NCBI RefSeq assembly: GCF_006345805.1
Contig: NC_042997.1
Location: 60,698,001 to 60,762,000, forward strand
Direction: 5' to 3'
DNA length: 64,000 bases
Source: Octopus sinensis
Lineage: Eukaryota
Part shown: piece by piece, positions 25,838 to 38,475 of the stretch
How the letters are laid out: each line of letters begins with the position of its first letter
How positions within the stretch are numbered: position 1 is the first letter of the stretch
Notes under the pieces: model-generated
Seen by the model: only the letters and a program-made list of their open reading frames with translations
Database searches by the model: none
What the model was told of the DNA's origin: nothing
Made by a program: the position numbers and the translations under genes

Positions 25838-26116
25838 GAGCAGTAGAATATTTAGATAAAGATAGTTATGGCTGTCTCATAACTATTTTTATCTAAATAT
25901 TCTACTGCTCAAGGTTGTTTCATAGACAATCCATCGCATTTGATCTTTGTGTGTTCAAAAACTAGCCACAAGGCCTGTTTTTCCTCTATTTCAAAAAGAG
26001 GGGGCATAGGCCACTGCCATTAGAGTCTGAATTGATATATTTAAAGCCAATCGCTTTATGGACACAAAATCCTGGGTAACCCTATGAACTGGCCATAACT
26101 ATCTTTATCTAAATAT
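25838..26116. repeat. 33-bp hairpin (25838-25910) plus a third, inverted 25-bp arm copy (26092-26116)
   Basis: gagcagtagaatatttagataaagatagttatg pairs with cataactatttttatctaaatattctactgctc. gccataactatctttatctaaatat is the exact reverse complement of 25848-25872. Confidence 0.93.
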
Positions 26117-26602
26117 ATATCCATATTTATAAAAGTGAAATTCTGTCTGCCTGGGACTCCTGTATCTCAGTCTCCATTTTCTCTACATAGACATGTTATA
26201 CCTTTTTCAAATCAGGATGATCCCATAATAGAAAATGTGCCCTTCATTTGGTTCTCAAACATCCAGCATTGGGACCTGATTTAAAAGCATTTGGGTTGCT
26301 ATTTCTGGCAGGTAAAGCAACTGTGAGAGGTTTTAATGCCCACAGTACAAGAGTTACCTCCCTTAGATTTAAGTTTTACCCAGGAATTTAGTGGTTCTTT
26401 TATCTTTTTCAATCATCAGACTTCGGCCACTCTGAGGTACTGTCTTGAAGATTTTAATCAAACAAATTGAAACCAGTTCTTTCTCTTTTATGCCTGGTAT
26501 TTTTTTTATTGGACTCTTTCACTGAACTCCTAAGTTATGTGAATGTAAACACAGTAACATCAGTTATCAAGCAATGGTGGGGGACAAACGCAGAAACAAA
26601 CT

Positions 26603-26630
26603 GTGTGTGTGTGTGTGTGTGTGTACATAT

Positions 26631-26680
<50 letters not shown>

Positions 26681-26733
26681 CACACATATATATGTATATA
26701 TATACACATACATACATATGTATATATATACAT

Positions 26734-26764
<31 letters not shown>

Positions 26765-26905
26765 CATATATATATACTATATATATATATACATACATAT
26801 ATATATATATAACATATATATATACATTATATATATATATACATATATATATATACATACATATATATATACATATATATATATACTATATATATACATA
26901 CATAT

Positions 26906-26941
<36 letters not shown>

Positions 26942-27079
26942 CATACATATATATATACATATATATATACATACATATACATACATATATATATATATAT
27001 ATATAAATTATATATACATACATACATATATATATATACATATATATATATAATATACATACATATTATATATATGTAG

Positions 27080-27156
<77 letters not shown>

Positions 27157-27183
27157 CATATATATATATACATATATATATAC
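26603..27183. repeat. (TG)n + (TA)n/(TACA) microsatellite array
   Basis: Seen directly. Confidence 0.97.
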
Positions 27184-27192
27184 AAATTGAAC

Positions 27193-27560
27193 CAATCCTA
27201 TGACTGGCACCCGGCAGATGCCAGGACCCCTGGACTTGTGGTACGTAAAAAGCACTATCCGACTCGTGGCCGACGCCAGCGCCGCCTCGACTGGCTTCCG
27301 TGCCGGTGGCACGTAAATTGCACCAATCCGACCATGGCCGTTGCCAGTCTCACCTGGCACCTGTGCGGGTGGCACGTAAAAAGCACCCACTACACTCACG
27401 GAGTGGTTGGCGTTAGGAAGGGCATCCAGCTGTAGAAACATCGCCAGATAAGACTGGAGCCTGGTGCAGCCTTCTGGCTTCCCAGATCTCCGGTCGAACC
27501 GTCCAACCCATGCTAGCATGGAGAACGGATGTTAAACAATGATGATGATGATGATGATGA
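27193..27560 (+). mobile_element. Young 5'-truncated RTE 3'-UTR copy with (GAT)n tail
   Basis: tggcacgtaaaaagcacccactacactc...ccgtccaacccatgctagcatggagaacggatgttaaac(gat)n, CpG-rich. The same 3' end occurs at 30615-30733, 33641-33836, 48585-48625 and 63923-63978. Confidence 0.85.
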
Positions 27561-27565
27561 TATAT

Positions 27566-27972
27566 AGGCGCAGGAGTGGCTGTGTGGTAAGTAGCTTGCT
27601 TACCAACCACACAGTTCCGGGTTCAGTCCCACTGCGTGGCACCTTGGGCAAGTGTCTTCTACTATAGCCTCGGGCTGACCAAAGCCTTGTGAGTGGATTT
27701 GGTAGACAGAAACTGAAAGAAGCCCGTCGTATATATATATAATGTATATATATGTGTGTGTTTGTGTGTCTGTGTTTGTCTCCCCAGCATTGCTTGACAA
27801 CCGATGCTGGTGTGTTTATGTCCCCATTACTTAGCGGTTCAGCAAAAGAGGCCGATAGGATAAGTACCAGGCTTACAAAGAATAAGTCCTGTGGTCGATT
27901 TGCTCGACTAAAAAGGCGGTGCTCCAGCATGGCCGCAGTCAAATGACTGAAACAAGTAAAAGATAAAAGAGA
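27566..27972 (+). mobile_element. SINE family A, best-preserved full-length copy
   Basis: A-box-like TGGCTGTGTGG, B-box-like GGTTCAGTCCC, CORE-like ggcaccttgggcaagtgtc, an internal (TA/TG)n, and a LINE-like tail ggcggtgctccagcatggccgcagtcaaatgactgaaac. Further copies at about 26395-26600, 28053-28213, 32375-32502, 51300-51432, 51980-52355 and 56405-56522 (-), and 62103-62630 (+). Confidence 0.92.
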
Positions 27973-27975
27973 AAA

Positions 27976-28022
<47 letters not shown>

Positions 28023-28255
28023 TAATATATATCTATATATATATATATACAATAGGCTTTTTTCAGTTTCCATTTGCCAAATACACTCACAAGGTTTCAG
28101 TCAGCCTAAGGCTATAGTAGAAGACACTTCCCCAAGTGCCACACAGTGGGACTGAACTTGGAACTGTGTAGCTGGGAAGCTGACTTCTTACCACATAACC
28201 ACACCCATACCTATGATTAGTGAATTTTGAAATTCTTAAGTGATTGAAAACATAA

Positions 28256-28487
28256 TTAACCTTTTACATACCAACCCACCAGAAACCACCCTTTGTTCTC
28301 TGATACAAACATCATGTTTAAAACAAAATCTTAAATTAAAACCTAACAACATTTCATGCTAATTTATGATCCAAATACCAGCTAAACACTGACAAAGTCA
28401 TTGTATTAAATTCTTCATAATTTTTTTAAAATATACTAAAATAAAGGCATTGTATATCAAAAGAAATAATGGTACCAAAATGGTTAA
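28256..28487. mobile_element. TTAA-flanked piggyBac-type MITE
   Basis: Imperfect TIRs ttaaccttttacatacc ... ggtaccaaaatggttaa inside TTAA. A related, oppositely oriented copy lies at about 34748-34956. Confidence 0.6.
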
Positions 28488-29644
28488 GAATAGTTTGTAT
28501 GTGTATGTTAGAAATTGAAGTAGAAATATTGACTGATAAAATAGTCGGACGTCTTTGTATTTAAACAGCTGGAATTTTCAGTAGCATAGTTTACCACTTG
28601 CTCATCACAACTAAAGACTTGCTTTTGCCAAAATTACAAATGCATGAATCTCTGTCAAGTCATTAATATATGACCAGGTAAAAGTACTGGTTTATATACA
28701 CTTGGCTACAATATATTCCCATATCAGCACAAGTAGTGAATCTTGGCAGCAACAAAAACTCCAGTAGTTTACTAGATGTAAAGACATGCAGATATTTGTT
28801 TATCAATAAACCAATCTATGTTTCTTCTACTTCTAGTCCCCCCATAACACTTTTCTAAGCCCAAACAACTTATTCCAATTACTTCTTTCACAAATTTCAG
28901 AAATTTATGATTCACAAAGTAGTACAACAAAATCACACTCCAGTTATTAACTCCATCCACAAACTTTCCCATTATACCTTTATACCAAGTTTTAGCATAC
29001 AACAAAGTACTTCAATGGAATTCACAGTCTGAAGAAGTCAATGATAGTGACTGGCATGAAACTTTGAGTACATATATATATATATATATATATATGGAGA
29101 GAGAAATAAATAGTCTATATCTAATTGAATGAAAGAGACATGAACTACACAAGACACATCACTGGCAACTCACCTAAGAGGGCAGTAACTTTGAATAAGA
29201 CATGATACAAAGTAGACAGGGTTAATTCATCCTGTTTCAGATAACCCTTTCTAGTGCAAATGGCACAATAAAATGCATCCAGTTCACTCTGTAAAGTCGT
29301 TGGTGATACTGTATTGATTCAGTTGTAAAAGCAATGCCATAAAAGGAAGGAGCAAGTGATAGTCTCTATAAATTGCATTGCAACCAATCCTCTTAGGTGG
29401 CAATAATTGTGATAATGAATTGATATAGGGTAGAGGGTCTCCTTAGTTATGTAATAGACTCTCACTCTAGTGCTGAAGGTATAATAAACATAGTCATTCT
29501 ATACTATAAAGTGAGTGAGATGCCATGATAATATCATAAGACACACACATTTTAACATATAGTCTTCATATTCACAAATTACACATACACTTAAATGTGA
29601 GTGTGTGTGTTTATGTATATATATAAATAGTACTAGACTATATG

Positions 29645-29703
<59 letters not shown>

Positions 29704-30417
29704 TGTGTGTGTGAGTGTGTGTGCATGTGTGTGAGAAGATGCATGGCCTAGTGGTTATGCTCATGACTCAACATCATACCTTTGATTTCTGGACTGGGCA
29801 GTGCATTGTATTCTTAATTTTACATTACTCCAGCTCACTCAGCTGTAACACAAGAAACTGGTGAACCATTTAGGGGGAAAGTTGTTATCTCGGTAACTTA
29901 TACACCATAGGAATGCAGTAACCAGTCTCATAAGTACTCGGACTCAAGACAATACTTACTTTAGAGTACATACACCAGTTTAAGGCTGGAAAAGTACAAC
30001 TGGTTCACAAACTGGAATTTGAACCCTGTGTGCATTACTTGTTGGCCAAATGTGTTACACACTATGCTATGAATGTTTATCATTCCATCCTGTTAAATAA
30101 CATACTGCAAATATATATATCTGCAAACTAATTAGCTGCTTAGCACAAATAAGGTTATATATACTACTAATGTCTATCACAACAAAATGTCATACTATGT
30201 GGCAAGAATTAACCTAAGAATAGAAACAAATTATATACTGTTAGTGATGGTAAACATTTACAGTAATTAATTTGAGATGATGGAGTAGCAAGTATCTTGC
30301 AGTTATTGGTAATATGGTAGTCCAGCAAGTGATAAACAGGAGGTGAGTCCCAACAGTAAGTTAGTACTTATATTTCTGTATCAAATTGGTGCATGTAATA
30401 TCTAATAGTCATATATA

Positions 30418-30450
<33 letters not shown>

Positions 30451-30495
30451 ATATTATATATATATATATTATATATATATATATTATATACATAT

Positions 30496-30540
<45 letters not shown>

Positions 30541-30739
30541 ATAATAAAACAGGATTTAAAAGTCTAGGCAGATATCAATAAAGCACTTAGTCTTAAATGA
30601 ATTTGGCGAACTATATCAGACTGGGGCCTGGTGCAGCCTTCTGGCTTCTCAGACCCCGGTCGAACCGTCCAACCCATGCTAGCATGGAAAATGGACGTTA
30701 AACGATGATGATGATGATGATGATGATGATGATATCAAT

Positions 30740-31560
30740 GACACTGGTAAACGCTAGTAGAAAACACATCTAAGGTAATTCCCCATCTATGACAAGTGGA
30801 TCCAAATATCATTTAGAAGAGTTTTCAGAAATTCAGAGTATTAGATGACAAAAATACAGCTAGAGAAAATCACATCTTTAATTGTAGAATTCACCATACA
30901 AAACCAACAATCATTTCTGTTGCATCAACATATGTAGATAAGAAAAATATCATTCAAATTAATATATCTGAAAAAATGTTAACACAATATTTTCAAGGTA
31001 ATTCTGACTCTGATAATACAGTTTAGTTAACACTTACTTTTAATATTAATTATAATAATAATAATAATCTGCCTCGACACCTAATTCTGAGTGGAGGACT
31101 AATAGAAATTCTTTCAACCATTAATACCAAATACAAATGACTAAATGTCTGTGTAATTGTAAAAACAAAACTGTTTGTCCTTTAGAAAATCAGTGTTTAA
31201 GGAAAAATATAGTGTATCAATGTAAGGCAATAACAGGGGATTATAAGTATTATTACATAGGTTCATCTGCTACAATTTGGAAATTTAGATTTTATGATCA
31301 TTCTCACTCATTTAAGCATAGAAGAAAAGGTAATTCTACAAATCTTGGTAAATGAAGTATTCCATTATTAGTTACACACCATTGTACAATGTTGGCAATT
31401 TGACATGTAATCTTTGTATTATATAATTATTTCTAAATTAATATCATTAAATTTTAATGGTAATTTAATTTTACAAAGAAATGCCACAAATTTCAGAAGG
31501 TATTTAAATATTTCAATTCTTAATTATAATAGCTTTTCATATAATATGTAATAAGCATAA
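30740..31560 (+). mobile_element. Penelope-like element (Neptune-type) linker + GIY-YIG endonuclease remnant
   Basis: ORF 31137-31355 CNCKNKTVCPLENQCLRKNIVYQC...YYIGSS...KFRFYDHSHSF...NSTNLGK matches the PLE CNC-CPL-IVY-YIG-R...H..SF-STxL pattern. Confidence 0.85.
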
Positions 31561-31960
31561 TTTTTCTAAAAACAGTTTGGTATATTTAATAAATAGATAA
31601 CTAAGTGTTGTGACATAGAATCTCTATGTTTGAAATTGTCATAAAGTAGAATTCATTTGTTTATTTTCTATTCTTTCGTTGCCTACTGACATCACCAAAA
31701 GCTGAATACAAAAATAACTTTTCTTAGATTATATTTCTTCTTAACATTCTTTTTGGATGCATTCATGTACTTGAAATGTCTTCTTTGAATCTAACTAATT
31801 TTAGATTGCCTTGAAAACATGTTAACATGTATTTTTGGATATATTAAGCTGAATGATATTTTCTGAATATAAATATGTTGAATCAACAGAAATGATCGTT
31901 GGTTTTGTATGGTGAATTCTACAATTAAAAATGTGATTTTCTATATCTGTATTTTTGTTA
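30847..31960. repeat. Inverted repeat: arms about 30847-31003 and 31805-31960
   Basis: ttaattgtagaattcaccatacaaaaccaacaatcatttctgttg pairs with caacagaaatgatcgttggttttgtatggtgaattctacaattaa; moderately diverged. Confidence 0.9.
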
Positions 31961-32228
31961 TATATATTTACACACTCTTGAGTGGAGTTGATGTTTTCAA
32001 CTACCATGAATCATTCTGAAAATCAGTCTACTAGTCACCTTCTTGGTACCCTTGTATATATGGCTTTTCACGCACACATATATATGTATTTATATGTGCA
32101 CTTTATATGGATGTTAATGTAATATTTATTATATAACTAATGAGATTACAAAACAACTGTAAATGAATGGAATAAACATTTACTCTCTTACCTCACTTTC
32201 CTTAACTGTTCTCTTTCTCTATACATAC

Positions 32229-32274
<46 letters not shown>

Positions 32275-32615
32275 TATATATATACACATACATATACATA
32301 TATATACATACCCTCTCTCTCTTTCGGAGAGGCACTGAGCAGCTATACGCACATATACACACACGGCAGTAACTTCCACCTACCGAATTCAATCACAAAG
32401 CTCCGGTCGGCTCGGGGCTATAGTGGAAGACACTTACCCAAAGTGCCACGCAGTGGGACTGAACCCAAAACCATGTAGCTAGGAAGCAAGGTCCCTAACC
32501 ACATATACATATATACACACATATACATACACACACACACATACACACACACACACACATATATATATATTGAATAATGAGAATGAGTGCTCAACACGGC
32601 ATTGGTGGATAAAGA

Positions 32616-32819
32616 TTATTTGTGCATTAAGGCTAACATTGGTTTCATGTTAAGGAATATCTCAACAATTTTCAAACCTATCACATGGAAACATCAGTGT
32701 TTGTTTCCATTTTGGATTAAAACACCAAATAGAGATGAACACCAATGTTTGAAATTTGTTAATGTATTCCTTAACATGAAACCAATGGTTGCTTTAATAC
32801 ACAAATAAAGTATATATAT

Positions 32820-32853
<34 letters not shown>

Positions 32854-32902
32854 CTTTATTTGTGTATTAAAGCAACCATTGGTTTCATGTTAAGGAATAC
32901 AT

Positions 32903-32904
<2 letters not shown>
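32616..32904. repeat. Triplicated fold-back: diverged hairpin 32616-32808 plus a perfect 51-bp inverted copy (32760-32810 / 32854-32904) across (TA)n
   Basis: taatgtattccttaacatgaaaccaatggttgctttaatacacaaataaag-(TA)n-ctttatttgtgtattaaagcaaccattggtttcatgttaaggaatacatta. Confidence 0.95.
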
Positions 32905-32934
<30 letters not shown>

Positions 32935-32939
32935 ATATA

Positions 32940-32984
<45 letters not shown>

Positions 32985-33408
32985 ATATATTTATGTCATT
33001 ATCATCATTTTAACATCCACTTTTCCATGCTTTCATTGGTAGGTTGGAATTTGTTGAAGCAGATTTACTATGGTGATATGTCCTTCTGTTGTCAACCCTA
33101 ACCTGTTTCCAAGTAAGGTAATATTTTCCCATAGCCAGGCATCTTTTTACAGAATATTGGAAATGAAGGATACCACTTGCATGACTATGATACTTATTTA
33201 CAACTATCATGCAACATCTACAGAAGGAGACAGTAACACACACTTACACATAGACACACACATATACACATGTATGTAGAAAAGTGAACATTAAATGATG
33301 ATGATTATGATATATATAGATCATATATGCGCACACCCGCACACACACACACACACATGCATGAATCATATATAAGTATGTAATATCTATCTATCTACCT
33401 ATCTATCT

Positions 33409-33446
<38 letters not shown>

Positions 33447-36134
33447 GATACATAAATGTATGTGTATATTTTATATGTGATATTTTAAAATATATATATA
33501 TATATAATGTCTGTTCTTTAGTGATAATAAAAACAATTTTACATTAATCTAAAGTGTTACTCACACCTTTATAGAGCAGAAATTTATTATTCTTTAAAAG
33601 AATAATAATGAAAGTAACTTGGAAGTTTTGGCTGGTTAAGCAGGCACCTGTGCTGGTAGCACGTAAAAAGCACCCACTACACTCACGGAGTGTTTGGCGT
33701 TAGGAAGGGTATCCAGTGTAGAAACATTGCCAGATCAGACTGGGCCTGGTGTAGCCTTCTGGCTTCCCAGACCCCAGTTGAACCGTCCAACCCATGCTAG
33801 CATGGAAAGCGGACTCTAAACTATGATGATGATGATATATATGAACACTTACAACACATCTTTACCTCAATTTATACTTAGATATTTATTACTTTTGTTA
33901 TATATGTTGTTCAAAGTAATTAATGTATGATTAATGTTTAATGTCTTTCAGTACCCCAACACAAATATCAGGAACAAAGAAATAACCATACACACATGCA
34001 CATGCCTACATGTATGGTGTAGAATATAGCTGAAAGTGTTTGAATGGAAGTATGCCTATATTCATATATCACAGAAATGTTCATTTACACATTTGCTTAA
34101 AATACAATAAATAACAACTTTGATAATATTTATTACTGAAATCATGGTTTATTTAATTTGTGACTAGATTATATTATTAAAAATAAGTTGAGAATGAGTT
34201 ACCATATTTTCTAGACCATATATTCAATTTTTATTGGCATTTTTATTTAAAAAATATGTTTCATTTACTTTGAAGTCTTTTGGTAAGATGTAAAAATTAT
34301 GTCTTCCCATTGCATATTTGTAGTCAATCATCTATAGAATTATTTACAACTGTTATAATGTTAGCAACGTAGTCATTGTTTAGCAATGATGTTAGCAAAG
34401 TAGTTATTGATTTTCCTAAATGGTGAGTAAATTATAAATATATGCACACTAAAGACTTCATTTTTATTTATTGTTTTAGCACATCTCTAAAGATAATTGT
34501 CATTTGAATTTTTTCATGTGATTTTTTATTTTAAATGTTGGATTATATATAGGGTCTACTGAGCAGAAGTTTTCTTTATCCCATTCAGTGGTATGGTTAT
34601 GAAAGACATACTGTGTAAGTACATGGTTATCACCTGTTCAAATGTGCTTGGGGTATATTTGAAGTTGTAAGAAAGTCATTCCCTGTGTTTTGTCAAGGAG
34701 AAAGTAAAATTCAAATATATTTCCCTACACAAGTGTCTGATATATAATTTAACACTTTAGTTATTATATTTCTATTGAAATACACTGCCTTTGGTTCAAT
34801 CTATTTTGACAATAATGAAGAATTTAGTAAATTGTCATTGTTATTATTAAGCAAAATGAAATTTTGACAGGTCTTAATTAATATCATTTCAAAACAAGAA
34901 ATTTGTATTATAGAACCAGGTGCAGTTTCACATGCATCGGTATTAAAAGGATTAAATATTAATTTCTTTTCATCAGATAGTATGCCATCTTTTGCAAAGG
35001 GAAGCAATATAGTCAATTAACTCTAGACCATTACTGATAATTATTTAATCAATTCTGGAGAGATGAAGCCCAAAGTCGACTTTAGCAGGATTTTGACTTA
35101 CACTTATTAGATACTGTACTAGGTATTGTAAACAATCAATCAGGTTGATTATTGGAACACAGCAAAACTTAACATACTAAATTATGTGATCCAGAGCTGT
35201 CTTAGCAACATTACAGACCCATGGGCAAATCATTGCCCTGGGTCCTATAGTATTTAATTATTGACAGCAAGCCACAGCATACATAGATTAGAATTGGGCA
35301 CTTAACATATGCACCCCACCCTAACAACTACTCAGTCTGCCCATGCATTAAAACAGTTCTGATATAATCTTTTATATGGTTAAACACAGCAAGTTTAGTT
35401 TCATTTAGCTAAACATTAAGATGTAAAGTAAGCAATACCCAGAAATATACTAAAGCATCAGCAAACTACAAACAGTTTATACAACAAAAGAAAGCAAAAG
35501 AGAATATAAGAAATGGAGGCTAATGCTTAAGATTGAAATACAAAAAAAAAAAAAAGAAAAAAAAGAAAATCAATGCAAACTTTAACCAATGAAATTCATT
35601 CAAAATTTAATGTGTTACATCTGTAGAAAGATTGAGAATTACATTTTAATATATTCGCTGTGAATAGGAAAAAAATATCATTTACAGAAACAGATATTTA
35701 AAAATCTAAAATTTATACACAAACATGTTTTCAAAGGAAAAGAATATCCGTTAGTTAATTTGTAAATTCCTTTCTTTTTTTAAGTGTCATATCTTTAAAA
35801 AAAATACCTCTTAGAGAAAGTATTTTTTTTACTGCAGTGTACTTGTTTTTGAAATTTCAATACAAAATTGTTTCTAAAGGATAAGCAGGAATTATTGGTA
35901 TTTACAGACTGTTACTAAGGCATTCTAAACATCATTTATTTGTTGATGAAAAAATTGAGTTTTGAGAAGATAAAAATTCCTTGATTTCATTTCTGTGTAA
36001 CATATATACAAGTCAGAATTTTTACATGTTACGAGAAGTACACCTACACACACACACATACCACACCACACCCATGAAAATTGAGATACAGAAACAGTGA
36101 TGATGCAAATGCACATCTATATTTGAAAGTATAT

Positions 36135-36149
36135 AGATACATACATACG

Positions 36150-36218
<69 letters not shown>

Positions 36219-36295
36219 CTATGTATATATATATGTATATATATGTTATATATATATGTATATATATATGTATATATTATATGTATATATATATG

Positions 36296-36354
<59 letters not shown>

Positions 36355-36720
36355 TGTATGTATATATATATATATATATGTATGTATATATATATATATG
36401 TATGTATATATATATATATGCATATATATATGTATATTATATATGTATATATATATATATATGTATATATATTGTATATATATGTATATATATATATATA
36501 TATGTTATATATATGTGTATATTATATGTGTATATATATATGTATATATATATGTGTGTATATATATATGTGTATATATATATGTGTATATATATGTGTA
36601 TATATATAGTGTATATATATATGTGTAATATATATATGTGTATGTATATATGTGTATGTATATATATATATGTATATAATATATGTATGTATATATATAT
36701 ATATGTATGTATATATTATG

Positions 36721-36751
<31 letters not shown>

Positions 36752-36786
36752 TATATATGTATATAATATATATGTATATATATATG

Positions 36787-36817
<31 letters not shown>

Positions 36818-37345
36818 GTATATATATATATGTATATATATATGTGTAATATATATGTGTATAATATATGTGTATATAATATGTGTATATATATATGTGT
36901 ATATATAATGTGTATATATATATGTGTATATATAATGTGTATATATATATGTGTTATATATATGTGTATATATATATGTGTATATATAATATGTGTATAT
37001 ATATATGTGTATATATATGTGTATATATATGTGTATTATATATGTGTAATATATGTGTATATATAATATGTGTATATATATATGTGTATATATATAGTGT
37101 ATATATATATGTGTATATATATGTGTATATATATAGTGTATATATATATGTGATATATATATGTTATATATATATGTGTATTATATATGTGTATATTATA
37201 TGTGTATATATATATGTGTATCTATATATGTGTATATATATATATGATATATATATATATATGTATAGATATATATATGATATATATATGTATATTATAT
37301 ATATATGTATGTATATATATAGTATATATATTATATATATATATG

Positions 37346-37395
<50 letters not shown>

Positions 37396-37834
37396 GTATA
37401 TATATATATGTATATATATATATATGTGTATATATATATATGTGATATATATATATATGTATATATATATATGTATATATATATATGTATGTGTATATAT
37501 ATATATGTATGTATGTATATATATGTATGTATGTATATATATGTATGTATGTATATATATGTATGTATGTATATATATGTATGTATGTATATATATGTAT
37601 ATGTATATAATATATGTATATATATGTATATAATGTATGTATAATATATGTATGTATAATATGTATATATATATATATGTATATATATGTATATATATAT
37701 ATGTCTATATATATATATATATGTATATATATGTATATATATATATGTATATATATATGTATATATATATATATATGTATATATATGTTATATATATATG
37801 TATATATAATATATATATGTATATATATGTGTAT

Positions 37835-37869
<35 letters not shown>

Positions 37870-37949
37870 TATATATATATGTATTATATATATATATATA
37901 ATGTATATATATGTATATATATATATATAATGTATATATATATATATAT

Positions 37950-37981
<32 letters not shown>

Positions 37982-38090
37982 ATAGTATATATATATATAT
38001 ATGTATATATATGTATATATATATGTATATATATATTATATATATATATATAAATAATATATATGTGTGTGTGTGTGTATGTATATATTG
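36135..38090. repeat. About 2-kb degenerate (TA)n/(TATG)n microsatellite array
   Basis: Seen directly; gives all the YIY/CIY ORFs here. Confidence 0.98.
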
Positions 38091-38118
38091 TTTCGAATTT
38101 GTGTGAATGTGTATAGAA

Positions 38119-38314
38119 TAATATATCAATTGAATAAAGTTAAAACATAGTCTGGTTTTCACATTTTTTATAATGGTATTTTAATATTAAAAAAAATATT
38201 TTGTAATGCTAATTTAACTTTATGAGCATTGCAAAATATTTTTTAATATTAAGATACCATTATAAAAAATGTGAAAACCAGACTATGTTTTAACTTTATT
38301 CAACTGATATATTA
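38119..38314. repeat. Near-perfect hairpin (arms 38119-38210 / 38225-38314, 14-nt loop)
   Basis: The arms are reverse complements. The ORF track shows the same MKTRLCFNFIQLIYY on both strands. Confidence 0.97.
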
Positions 38315-38475
38315 CACATACATACATACATACATACATACATACATACATACATACATACATACATACATACATACATACATACATACATACATACATA
38401 CATACATACATACATACATACATACATACATACATACATACATACATACATACATACGTATGTATGTATGTATAT
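38315..38475. repeat. (CATA)n array flipping to (TATG)n
   Basis: Seen directly; palindromic junction tacatacgtatgta at about 38451-38464. Confidence 0.95.

Noticed and set aside
24649-27993. Recurrent short ORFs (GYSRRHLPKVP..., WGDKHRHT...) suggesting a gene family
   Set aside because: They are chance translations of SINE family A copies.
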